Positions 54,186 through 63,208 of a stretch of 64,000 nt of DNA are shown here, piece by piece (within the stretch, counting starts at the first letter, position 1; each line of letters opens with the position of its first letter). Source of the stretch: Dysgonomonas sp. (lineage in GTDB: Bacteria > Bacteroidota > Bacteroidia > Bacteroidales > Dysgonomonadaceae); NCBI GenBank assembly GCA_047605185.1, contig JASGGC010000012.1:4630-68629 (forward strand), in the 5' to 3' direction. The translations under genes and the position numbers were made by a program. The notes below the pieces were generated by a model. It did no database searches. It had not been told where the DNA came from and saw only the letters and a list, made by a program, of their open reading frames with translations.

Positions 54186-57100
54186 TTAGAAAGTTAAATT
54201 ACAACCTATACTTATCACTCTATTAGTCGGATATTGTAATCCTGAGCCGGATGTGATTTCCGGATCCATTTGGATGTCACCCAGATTGTCAATTGAGAAT
54301 AGATTTTGCATTGATGTATAGAATCTGGCTTTTTGCATACCTACACGTCCTATAATGTTTTTAGGGATTGAATAGCCTAGCTCAAGATTTCTTAGTTTCA
54401 AGTAGCGGACATTCTTTAGCCAGAAGTCGTTTCTCCAATAGTTGCTATGACTGGCATTTCCTTCTATCACAGTCGGGTATTTTCCGGCAATGAGCGAACT
54501 GTTGGCATCATTTATATCTGATAGATGCCATTGGTCTGATAAGTAGTATTGGGGATTGTTTCCTCCGTCATGCAATGGATTTCGCATTTCCCAATCCATG
54601 TAGAATGAGGCAAAAGCCGAACCGCCGAAGGTTAGTCCTAAGTCGAAATTTTTATAATCGAAATTGAATGTAAAGTTATAGTTCAGATAAGGAACATCGC
54701 CCTCTCTGTAACCAATTGGTCTGTCGTCCATATCATTGATTATTCCGTCTCCGTTTACATCTTTGTAAATAAGATCGCCCGGACGTAGTGTTGTATTTCC
54801 TTTGCCATCAACATTGATTGGGTGGTTTGCTATTTCTTCCCACGACTGGAATTGACCTATCACCTGTTTCCCCCAATTAATGTTTCCATAACGCTCATTG
54901 ATGGAATTTCGATAAACATTCCACGAGTTACCAAATCGAGGTTTGTATTGATGCCAGTCATATCTACGTGCAAAGGTAAAATTACCTGTTACTGAATAAT
55001 TCAGTTCTTGTACTTTGTCTCTCCATGTGATGCTTCCATCCAATCCTTTAAGCATTTCCGATTTGAGATTTTCTTTTGGTAGGTCAAATCCTGATTCTGC
55101 CGGGATTAAAACATCATTTTTTCGTTCTGGGATTCCTTCAAAATTACGGGTGAAAAAGTTAAACTCTCCGGATAGTTTTCCATCCAGGAAGCCAAAGTCT
55201 AGTCCAATATTAAACATTTTTGCTTTCATCCACGATAGAGTTTTTACAGGAACACCTCTTGGCTTTGTACCTATCACCCATTGTCCGTCTATTACAGCTC
55301 CACCATCGTTGTAGTTGTATCCGTCCATATAGTCGAAAGCATAGTATGGCTCTCTATTGTTCTCTTTCCATGCCGAGAAGTCGTCATATCCTACTATTCC
55401 ATAAGAGGCTTTCAGTTTTAGATCGGATACAGTTGGTTTTATGTTCTCCCAAAACGGTTCTTCAGAGATTCTCCACCCTGCCGAAACTGAAGGGAAGAAT
55501 CCCCATCTGTCTCCACTTGGGAATTTCCAAGAGCCATCGTAACGCCCGATAAGCTCTAATAAATATTTGTGCTCGTAATCATAATTTATCCTACTTATAA
55601 ATCCTGCTCTTGACTGAGGATTGTCAAGTTCATCATTTAATTCGACCATAGATGTGAGGTACATCTGATCGATAACGTTAGATGCAGGTCGGTCGTGCAA
55701 CCATATTTTAGGGGTTTTTCTTCTTAAAAACTCTCCTCCGGCAACAGCTGCAATTGTATGTGAACCAAATGTTCGGTTGAAATCGAACGTAAACTGTCCG
55801 GATGTCTCTTCTACTGAAGCATATGTACGTTCCATATATGGGTTGTCCATAGAATCTACAACTTTGTATGCATCATTTGCTTCATCATATTCATAAAGTT
55901 TATATGTAAATTCATGGTTTTTTTGGAACCGATTTGCAAAATAATAACCTCCTAATACGTTCACCTTTAGTCCATTTATTATCTGATATTCTGCATTCAG
56001 GTTTAATTGTATAACTCGCCATGTGTCTTCAAACGTACCAGAGCGTTCATAGTTTAACATCCCGAAGTTTGTAGAGTTATTTGTAGATGTTTTTGCCGGA
56101 TAGTTGGGATTGTCATTTGCAAAAGGTCTCACAGTCGGCAAATTACGATAAATAGCAAATAGGGCAGTCCAGTAATCATCGTTGCCCGGTACTCCCGGAT
56201 TCTTTTTCTGCTCTATACGGCCATTCATACTACCACCTATTTTCAATTTTTTAGTAATATTTGCATCAATATTCATCTGCATATTGGTGCGGTTGAAGCC
56301 TCCATAATTTACAATAATAGCTTGTTGGTCAAGATGGCTTAATGATAGATAGTAATTAATTTTATCTGATCCTCCTGAAATATTTCCACCAACGTACGAC
56401 ATTGGAGCTGTATTAATTACATAGTCATACCAGTCCCAGCCTTGATAGCCTTTGTCTGTCCCTGCTTCCCATTTAGCTAAATCTTCAGCTGAATATTTCA
56501 TACTGTAGTTTGGGTCTGCTGCTTTTTTTATTATGTCTGACTGATATTTAGAGCGTACATAAGTTTTAGTATTTGCGGGTTTCGGAAATTTGAAGAAATC
56601 TTGCCAACCGTACGATGCTGTAATGTTTACAGTATTGCGGCTATCTCGTTGTCCTGTTTTTGTTTTAACAACAACAACTCCGTTTGCAGCACGGACTCCG
56701 TATATAGCAGCAGATGCGTCTTTTAATATGGATATAGACTCTATATCGTTGGGGTCTATATTGTTAAATTGTCCTTCGTCTTTTTGCACTCCATCTATCA
56801 CATAGAGAGGTGTACCCATACCGCGGATTCGGATTGTAGTTCCCGATCCCGGGCGACCATCTGGCTGACGGGTGTTCAGTCCCGCTATTTTACCGGCTAA
56901 TGCTGTTGAGGTGGTCGATGCGTTTGTTGTCATCAATTCGCTTCCACTAATGGCTGAAATAGCTCCGGTGATCGATTCTTTTTTCTGTGTGCCGAAGCCA
57001 ACTATTACAACTGCTTCCAGTTCTTTTGTCGCTTCTTGTAGTTTAATATCCAGCTTAGTATTGTTCCCAACCTTTATTTCTTGGCTCAGATATCCGATGT

Positions 57101-57650
57101 AGCTAATCACCAAAGTTGTTCCGGCCGATGTGCTGATACTGAAATAACCATCAAGATCAGTCATAACACCTTGTGTTGTTCCTTTAACGGCAATGCTGAC
57201 ACCGGGTAGAGATTCCCCTGCATTGTCTACTACCCGTCCGGTAATAGTTGTTGCCTGCAACGTGTTTTGTTCATCCTTTGTGCTGGTTTTAGGAGCTAGT
57301 ACTATTTGACGGTCATGGATTGTGTATGTTATATCACCATTTGAAAATATTTGATTGAGTATTTCAGAAACAGGCTTATTCTGTGATGAGATGGATACTT
57401 TCCTATTTACATCTACAATTTTTTTGTTGTATAAAAATCTAAATTCTGATTGTTTCTCAATCTGGTTTAATACTTCTTCTATTGGGGCATTGTTGATGTG
57501 GATTGTAAGGTTAGCTCCTTGCGAGTAAGAAGGCAGACTGAATACATTTGTAATACCACAAAACAAGAACAGAATTATGATTCTTGTAGAAAGATGGACA
57601 TTTGGGCGCCTAAAGCGCCATCTGACTTTGCTTATTAGATTCGGTTTCAT
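54186..57650 (-). CDS. SusC/RagA-family TonB-dependent transporter with N-terminal STN signalling domain
   Basis: 1154 aa. The STN domain is PIEEVLNQIEKQSEFRFLYN...ITYTIHDRQIVL. It also has a carboxypeptidase-regulatory-like domain, a plug, and a C-terminal ...GCNLTF. Confidence 0.9.
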   Translation of the reverse strand: MKPNLISKVRWRFRRPNVHLSTRIIILFLFCGITNVFSLPSYSQGANLTIHINNAPIEEVLNQIEKQSEFRFLYNKKIVDVNRKVSISSQNKPVSEILNQIFSNGDITYTIHDRQIVLAPKTSTKDEQNTLQATTITGRVVDNAGESLPGVSIAVKGTTQGVMTDLDGYFSISTSAGTTLVISYIGYLSQEIKVGNNTKLDIKLQEATKELEAVVIVGFGTQKKESITGAISAISGSELMTTNASTTSTALAGKIAGLNTRQPDGRPGSGTTIRIRGMGTPLYVIDGVQKDEGQFNNIDPNDIESISILKDASAAIYGVRAANGVVVVKTKTGQRDSRNTVNITASYGWQDFFKFPKPANTKTYVRSKYQSDIIKKAADPNYSMKYSAEDLAKWEAGTDKGYQGWDWYDYVINTAPMSYVGGNISGGSDKINYYLSLSHLDQQAIIVNYGGFNRTNMQMNIDANITKKLKIGGSMNGRIEQKKNPGVPGNDDYWTALFAIYRNLPTVRPFANDNPNYPAKTSTNNSTNFGMLNYERSGTFEDTWRVIQLNLNAEYQIINGLKVNVLGGYYFANRFQKNHEFTYKLYEYDEANDAYKVVDSMDNPYMERTYASVEETSGQFTFDFNRTFGSHTIAAVAGGEFLRRKTPKIWLHDRPASNVIDQMYLTSMVELNDELDNPQSRAGFISRINYDYEHKYLLELIGRYDGSWKFPSGDRWGFFPSVSAGWRISEEPFWENIKPTVSDLKLKASYGIVGYDDFSAWKENNREPYYAFDYMDGYNYNDGGAVIDGQWVIGTKPRGVPVKTLSWMKAKMFNIGLDFGFLDGKLSGEFNFFTRNFEGIPERKNDVLIPAESGFDLPKENLKSEMLKGLDGSITWRDKVQELNYSVTGNFTFARRYDWHQYKPRFGNSWNVYRNSINERYGNINWGKQVIGQFQSWEEIANHPINVDGKGNTTLRPGDLIYKDVNGDGIINDMDDRPIGYREGDVPYLNYNFTFNFDYKNFDLGLTFGGSAFASFYMDWEMRNPLHDGGNNPQYYLSDQWHLSDINDANSSLIAGKYPTVIEGNASHSNYWRNDFWLKNVRYLKLRNLELGYSIPKNIIGRVGMQKARFYTSMQNLFSIDNLGDIQMDPEITSGSGLQYPTNRVISIGCNLTF

Positions 57651-58044
57651 ACTTTAAGATTGTTTAGAAATTTTGAATGTGGTTTTTCGGACGGCTAAAC
57701 ATTTATAAAAGGACAATAATAACTGTTTTAGAGCCGTTTTGGTGGTTAAAAATTGTTTTCATACATAGATTTAAAAAGTGATTTGTTTTTAGATTTGATT
57801 AATTTAACGGTTAGTGTATTTTCATGCATATAGTAATATGACGTTCCATAAATATAAACCCACATCTGTAAGTATATATTTTTTATATTATTTTTTCTGT
57901 CTCTATGTAATTGACTTAAAAATAGTAAGATAGATATGGATGTTTGAGTATGGTATCTTGTTGATACAGAGATGGGTTTTGTTTGTATTGTTGGGTGCTG
58001 AGTAGTTGCTGCTTACAGCTTTTTATACTATAATACCAATCAAG

Positions 58045-58094
58045 CTATACAACTATATGGTTGTTGATTGAGTAACAACCATATAGTTGTATAG
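58045..58094. repeat. Perfect 21-bp inverted repeat (stem-loop) between the anti-sigma gene and SusC
   Basis: ctatacaactatatggttgtt (58045-58065), loop gattgagt, then aacaaccatatagttgtatag (58074-58094). Confidence 0.9.
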
Positions 58095-58223
58095 TTATAA
58101 AATATGCGATTTATAATGTTTCCAAAAGAGACTAGCAATACTACGGAAAATGGAATTTCCATGCCATGCTATGTGATGACACTATTATAGCTAACAATGT
58201 CGTAAATGGGTTACGGATTTTTA

Positions 58224-59261
58224 TTATTTAAGTTTATGGACTTCAATTTGTTGTTTCTGATAGAAATTGTTTTTATCCTTTCGTGGTCCTACTCTCTTAT
58301 AAAAAATAGGGGCACTCGATTGTAGCAGGTTAAGTATCTCATCTAATGATTCTCCTTCGAATGTTGCCCGGTAAATGTATTGCGCTACCTCTTTGTCTTT
58401 TACTACAAAGTCGATATTATACATATATCCTAATCGTTTAAATACATATTCTAAACGATCATCCCTGAATGCAAGTATCCCGTCTTTCCATGCATACCAT
58501 TTATAAGTATCTCCTTTGGTTAAGTTATAGTTCGCATTCTTATTATCATATCTGATCCTCTCTCCTGGATTGAGCTTTGTTGTCACTATTGGAGATATAA
58601 CATCTACAACGCCATGTGTTAATGTAACAGATGTTATGCTATCCGTATCGTATGCTTCCACATTGAATGCCGTCCCTGTTGCTTTTATATTTATAGATTT
58701 AGTTTGTACAAAGAAAGGATGCGACTTATCTGATTGGACTTCAAAATATGCTTCTCCCTGCAAAGTTACCAAGCGTTGATTTTCTCTAAATTGGAGTGGG
58801 TATTTTATATAACTTCCCGCATTGAGCCATACTTTAGAACTGTCCGGTAGTATAATTAAAGAACGGCTACCATATGGTGAATATACTTCTTGATATGCTA
58901 CAACATCATTGATGTTATTATCTCTCGATTCAAGAAATAGGTATCCTGATATGCACAGAAGAGGAATAACTATTATTGCTGCTATTTTTTGTAAAACTGA
59001 TCCAATCTTCGAAACTTTTTTGGTTCTGTCTTCATTGTTATTTATTTTTGCTATAACATTACTAAGAGCTAATTCTTCGTCAATCTCTTTTCGGTTGAAT
59101 ACCGGATGCGATATGTCCCATATATTTTTTAGGTTGGTGAAAATCTTTCTGTTTTCATCAATTTTTATCCATTCTTTTATATTTTCAATTTCCGCCTGAT
59201 CGGCTTCCCCTGATAAATATCTGATTATAGCTTGCTCTATGTGATCTGGTAACTTGGTCAT
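58224..59261 (-). CDS. FecR-family anti-sigma factor
   Basis: 345 aa. It has an N-terminal cytoplasmic region, one TM segment (IAAIIVIPLLCISGYLFL) and a periplasmic FecR domain (LPDSSKVWLNAGS...GEAYFEV). It sits between the ECF sigma gene and SusC(STN). Confidence 0.85.
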   Translation of the reverse strand: MTKLPDHIEQAIIRYLSGEADQAEIENIKEWIKIDENRKIFTNLKNIWDISHPVFNRKEIDEELALSNVIAKINNNEDRTKKVSKIGSVLQKIAAIIVIPLLCISGYLFLESRDNNINDVVAYQEVYSPYGSRSLIILPDSSKVWLNAGSYIKYPLQFRENQRLVTLQGEAYFEVQSDKSHPFFVQTKSINIKATGTAFNVEAYDTDSITSVTLTHGVVDVISPIVTTKLNPGERIRYDNKNANYNLTKGDTYKWYAWKDGILAFRDDRLEYVFKRLGYMYNIDFVVKDKEVAQYIYRATFEGESLDEILNLLQSSAPIFYKRVGPRKDKNNFYQKQQIEVHKLK

Positions 59262-59300
59262 TTATTATTCTACTTGTCTTTATGTCTATAATATAGACGA

Positions 59301-59897
59301 TTAAAAAATGATATTCCACATATAATAGGATGATAAAATAAGTGCAATCGATATTAAATACTCTTTTAGACTGATTCGCAATAGTTGTAAAGCCTTACTG
59401 ATGCGGTCTTCCACAGTGCGGATCGATATATTGAGTTGTTCAGATATATCCTTATATTTTATACCATCTATGCGGCTAAGGACTAATGTCTCTCTGTATT
59501 TTTCAGGTAATTTGCTGAGGGCTTCTTCCAAATGGTCTTGTAGATCGGAATATAAAATATAATCTTCTATGTCGATCTCATTATTAAATAAGATTTCTTT
59601 AGCTGCATAATTATCCACTATCTTTTTGTGACGGATTTCATCTATACAATTATTCCTGACTGATTGTAACAAGTATGATTTTAGAGAAGTCTTGATTTCA
59701 AAAGAGTGTCTATTCTCCCAGATATTCAAAAATATGCTTTGTATTATATCTTCACATATTGACTTTTCTCTTATATAATTACCAGCAAACAAGACTAAGT
59801 CTTTATAATATGTTCTGAACAAAATAGAAAACGCATCTTGGGAGTCGCTTTTGAGTCCTGACATTATTTGTTGTTCTAACAGGTCTATTCTGGACAT
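59301..59897 (-). CDS. ECF (sigma-70 family, group 4) RNA polymerase sigma factor
   Basis: 198 aa. Region 2 is DIIQSIFLNIWEN and the region 4 HTH is KYKDISEQLNISIRTVEDRISKAL. Confidence 0.9.
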   Translation of the reverse strand: MSRIDLLEQQIMSGLKSDSQDAFSILFRTYYKDLVLFAGNYIREKSICEDIIQSIFLNIWENRHSFEIKTSLKSYLLQSVRNNCIDEIRHKKIVDNYAAKEILFNNEIDIEDYILYSDLQDHLEEALSKLPEKYRETLVLSRIDGIKYKDISEQLNISIRTVEDRISKALQLLRISLKEYLISIALILSSYYMWNIIF

Positions 59898-60113
59898 TTG
59901 GTGTTATTCGTGCTTTGAATTCAAAAATAGAAAGATTAAGATTAAAAGATGAAGGCTTTTATTGAAATAGGGTTGCCTGCAAAAGATAAAACTAAACAAA
60001 TGGTTTTATACCATTTGTATTCTACCTCCTTGTGAGTTATTCATAATTATTAGTTCAATATTAGCTTTGTAAATATATATAAAATATTGATATGTATCAG
60101 TTGTAATAAAATA

Positions 60114-60160
60114 ATCTAAAAGAGAAAAGCAGTAATCGTATTAATATGATTACTGCTTTC
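60114..60160 (-). terminator. Terminator after the greA-HIT operon
   Basis: aaagcagtaatc (60127-60138) pairs with gattactgcttt (60149-60160), 12 bp perfect. On the minus strand TCTCTTTTAG follows. Confidence 0.65.
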
Positions 60161-60256
60161 TATCAAAAGACCATTCTCTTGAAGTCTTTAATATTTTTAT
60201 AATTTTAATCTTTTATGCTTTTGTCGCATTATAATTGGGGAGTTGCAACAGAGAAG

Positions 60257-60649
60257 TTATAGTTGTTCTCTTATTTTTGTTGCAATTTCGTTGAACTCAC
60301 TTTGTTCTAGTTTCAATTTAGGGTTAGACAGTATCATGTCAGACTCTTTATTCATCGGAACCAGATGGATATGAGCATGTGGAACTTCTAGTCCCAAAAC
60401 CATCATACTGATACGGTTGCACGGAATTGCCTTTTTTATGGCAATTGCAACCTGTTTGGCAAATACAGCCATCTCGGCTAGTAGAGCATCATCTATGTCA
60501 AACAAGTAATCTATTTCGAGCTTTGGTATTACTAGCGTATGCCCTTTTGCCATCGGGTTAATATCGAGAAAAGCGAAGAATTTATCGTTTTCTGCAATCT
60601 TATACGATGGTATCTCACCTGCTATTATTTTGCTGAAAATACTGGGCAT
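60257..60649 (-). CDS. HIT-family (histidine triad) nucleotide hydrolase
   Basis: 130 aa with the histidine triad HAHIHLVP. Confidence 0.9.
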   Translation of the reverse strand: MPSIFSKIIAGEIPSYKIAENDKFFAFLDINPMAKGHTLVIPKLEIDYLFDIDDALLAEMAVFAKQVAIAIKKAIPCNRISMMVLGLEVPHAHIHLVPMNKESDMILSNPKLKLEQSEFNEIATKIREQL

Positions 60650-60654
60650 ATTCC

Positions 60655-61125
60655 TTAAATTGAAATTTTAACAATCTCGAATGACATCATTCCTGACGGT
60701 ACCTTGATTTCAGCAACTTCACCTACCTTCTTACCCATCAAACCTTGGGCAATAGGAGTGCTGACAGCAATTTTGCTCTCTTTAAGATTAGCTTCACTTT
60801 CAGCAACCAGCGTATACGTCATTTCCTGATTGTTCTTCGTATTGCGGATAGTTACTTTGTTTAATATTTGTACAAAGTCAGTCCCGATTGCATCCTCATT
60901 GATCAATCGCGCATTGGCAAGTAAATTTTTCAATTGAGCTATCTTTGCCTCAAGCATACCTTGCGCCTCCTTTGCTGCATCATATTCTGCATTTTCAGAC
61001 AAGTCGCCTTTATCTCTAGCTTCAGCAATCTGTCTCGAAATAGCAGGTCTGTCTACAGTCTCAAGCGCATTAATTTCCTCTTTCAGCTTTTTATAGCCTT
61101 CTTCAGTCATGTAAGAAACAGCCAT
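60655..61125 (-). CDS. greA: Transcription elongation factor GreA
   Basis: 156 aa with an N-terminal coiled coil carrying the acidic tip (ARDKGDLSENAEYDAAKE) and a C-terminal FKBP-like domain. Confidence 0.95.
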   Translation of the reverse strand: MAVSYMTEEGYKKLKEEINALETVDRPAISRQIAEARDKGDLSENAEYDAAKEAQGMLEAKIAQLKNLLANARLINEDAIGTDFVQILNKVTIRNTKNNQEMTYTLVAESEANLKESKIAVSTPIAQGLMGKKVGEVAEIKVPSGMMSFEIVKISI

Positions 61126-61281
61126 AGTGATTTTAATTTTTAAATTATTTATTTTTCTTTTAAAGAGATAAAAAGAAAAAGAATCCTTGCCGTTAAGGCC
61201 AGAACTCCTTTTCTTTTTCTACTTATTACTTTAACAAAGATAAAGTATATTTTTTATACTATCCAAATATTATAGAGAGAT

Positions 61282-62451
61282 TTATAATAATTTTTGAACT
61301 TCTCTCGATAAGTCATCTGTGGGTGCCAGTCTTTTCACCAGATCCCCTTTTTTATCTAGTAGGAAGGTTGTTGGCAGAGTACGTATATTAAATCTGATAA
61401 CCCAATCAGAGTTTAGAGATTTAGCATCTCTAACACATATCCAAGGGAGATTGGTCGCCGTATTTCGCCACGCATGTGCATCATTGTCAAACGAAACCTG
61501 ATAGACTTCAACATTCTGTTTGTATTTGCTGTATACATTATTAATTAGAATGTTATGGGCTGGAGAAAAATCGGTTTGATAAGCTGTAAAATCCAAAATG
61601 ACAACTTTTCCGGTTGTCGATGATAAGCTTATATTCTTATTGTTAATGTCAGGTAGAGTAACATTGTAATAAGCTTTTGAGTCAGTTTCCGAAACATCTA
61701 TTCCATCAAGTAACTTTTCCTGCTTTTCCTGTCTTTTAACTTCGGCTAGAGATGTAAGTGTGAAGTCACGTACATGGGCAGCTCTTGGCGATTTACTTTT
61801 TGTCTGATCCCAAGCTGTCGCTACTGCGCGGAACATCGCTAAATCTTTTTTCTCATATGGATCAAAGATCAATAGGTTATCCACCTTCTGAAATAATGCA
61901 AAATATCCAGCCATACTTGTATAGTCAGATAAAATAGATGCCTTTGCCAGATTTTTGTATTCAGCAATAGCGTCTTGCATTTGGTTGATATAATCATCTC
62001 CGGATATTTCTTTTCCGGCCAGCTTCTTTTTCAAGTCATTAATTGTCTGGCTTAGCTTGTATTGAGCCAGTGTTATGTCTTTAATTTTGCTTGTGCTTTC
62101 AGAACCTTCTACTGTATAATCCGTTCCAAAAGACTGTTTAGAAGCATTTATTGTAATCGACTCTGTAGAGTCAATAGCAAGATTTATAACCTGATTATTC
62201 AATTTTAATAGATAATATTCAGGGTAGTCCCATGCCGGTTCTTTAAATTTGAATCTGCCGTCACTATCTAATTTTACAGAATCAATAGTTTTAATTTCGG
62301 TCAAAGAACGTCTTTGCAGATATAAAAAAGCAGAGTCGGCATTGCTTATTGTACCTTCAATTGTAAAATGAGGCTTGCTGTCTTTGCATGAAACAAAACC
62401 TAGAATTGCTATTGTTATAATTATAAATTTCGACCAGAAGAATGTTTTCAT
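61282..62451 (-). CDS. Thioredoxin-fold (TlpA/AhpC-TSA-like) lipoprotein with DUF4369-like N-terminus; CXXC motif absent
   Basis: I trimmed the start to ATG 62451 (MKTFFWSKFIIITIAILGFVSC lipobox). Where TlpA-like proteins have DFWASWCGPC, this one reads ILDFTAYQTDFSPAHN. Confidence 0.65.
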   Translation of the reverse strand: MKTFFWSKFIIITIAILGFVSCKDSKPHFTIEGTISNADSAFLYLQRRSLTEIKTIDSVKLDSDGRFKFKEPAWDYPEYYLLKLNNQVINLAIDSTESITINASKQSFGTDYTVEGSESTSKIKDITLAQYKLSQTINDLKKKLAGKEISGDDYINQMQDAIAEYKNLAKASILSDYTSMAGYFALFQKVDNLLIFDPYEKKDLAMFRAVATAWDQTKSKSPRAAHVRDFTLTSLAEVKRQEKQEKLLDGIDVSETDSKAYYNVTLPDINNKNISLSSTTGKVVILDFTAYQTDFSPAHNILINNVYSKYKQNVEVYQVSFDNDAHAWRNTATNLPWICVRDAKSLNSDWVIRFNIRTLPTTFLLDKKGDLVKRLAPTDDLSREVQKLL

Positions 62452-62614
62452 GTATAATTTAATTTTGATGATTCCTATTTTTTGATGCAAAGATATTAAT
62501 TTATCGTTTTTATAATATCAAAAAACAAAGACTCTTTTCTCTCTCCTTTCCGTGGATTAAAAATAGAGACTACTTACCTGATATTGACAGGTAGAAGTTG
62601 GGTAAAATAAATAA

Positions 62615-63196
62615 TTAATGAGTTTCGGTTTTTCTTAAAGGAGCAATTGTAGAACAACCTTTATATAAAATCCCATTGTAGTTGATAAATATTTCGAATA
62701 AACTTTTTTCATCATTTAGGCATAGATCACACATCGTATTGTCTGCCGGAAAGTATGTATATTCTCTAATCAACCCATAAACACCATGATCGTCACTTTG
62801 GAACATCAAAGAAAAGGAACCATCAATATCATACTTGTTCACAACAGTTTTAATTGGGTATACCTCTGTTTCGTTTGCAGATAGTGTTATGGAATCTTTT
62901 GTTAAAATTGCAGACCAGAAGGGCTCATCACCATCAGCGAAGAAAGCAAGACTATTTACCATTATTGCATCTAGAAACTCTTCTGGGTTTAGTATTCCGG
63001 TTTGGTTGAGGTCATTCGTCGATTTCCAAACGATGAAACCATCCTCTCCAATTAGCTTTATATTGGAGCCATCAACACTCCCTATAAAGATGAAGTTCTC
63101 TTTCCCATCCATGCTTCTATAGGTTTCTTGAGCAAAGCATATATTCCCTATCAATAATACACATATTGTTAGGAAAACGATTTTTGCATATTTCAT
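62615..63196 (-). CDS. Hypothetical secreted protein (DEPFWS motif, COG3650-like?)
   Basis: 193 aa with signal peptide ...GNICFAQ. The GDEPFWSA motif recalls COG3650-type periplasmic proteins, but the assignment is weak. Confidence 0.5.
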   Translation of the reverse strand: MKYAKIVFLTICVLLIGNICFAQETYRSMDGKENFIFIGSVDGSNIKLIGEDGFIVWKSTNDLNQTGILNPEEFLDAIMVNSLAFFADGDEPFWSAILTKDSITLSANETEVYPIKTVVNKYDIDGSFSLMFQSDDHGVYGLIREYTYFPADNTMCDLCLNDEKSLFEIFINYNGILYKGCSTIAPLRKTETH

Positions 63197-63208
63197 ATTA
63201 GCGCAGGC

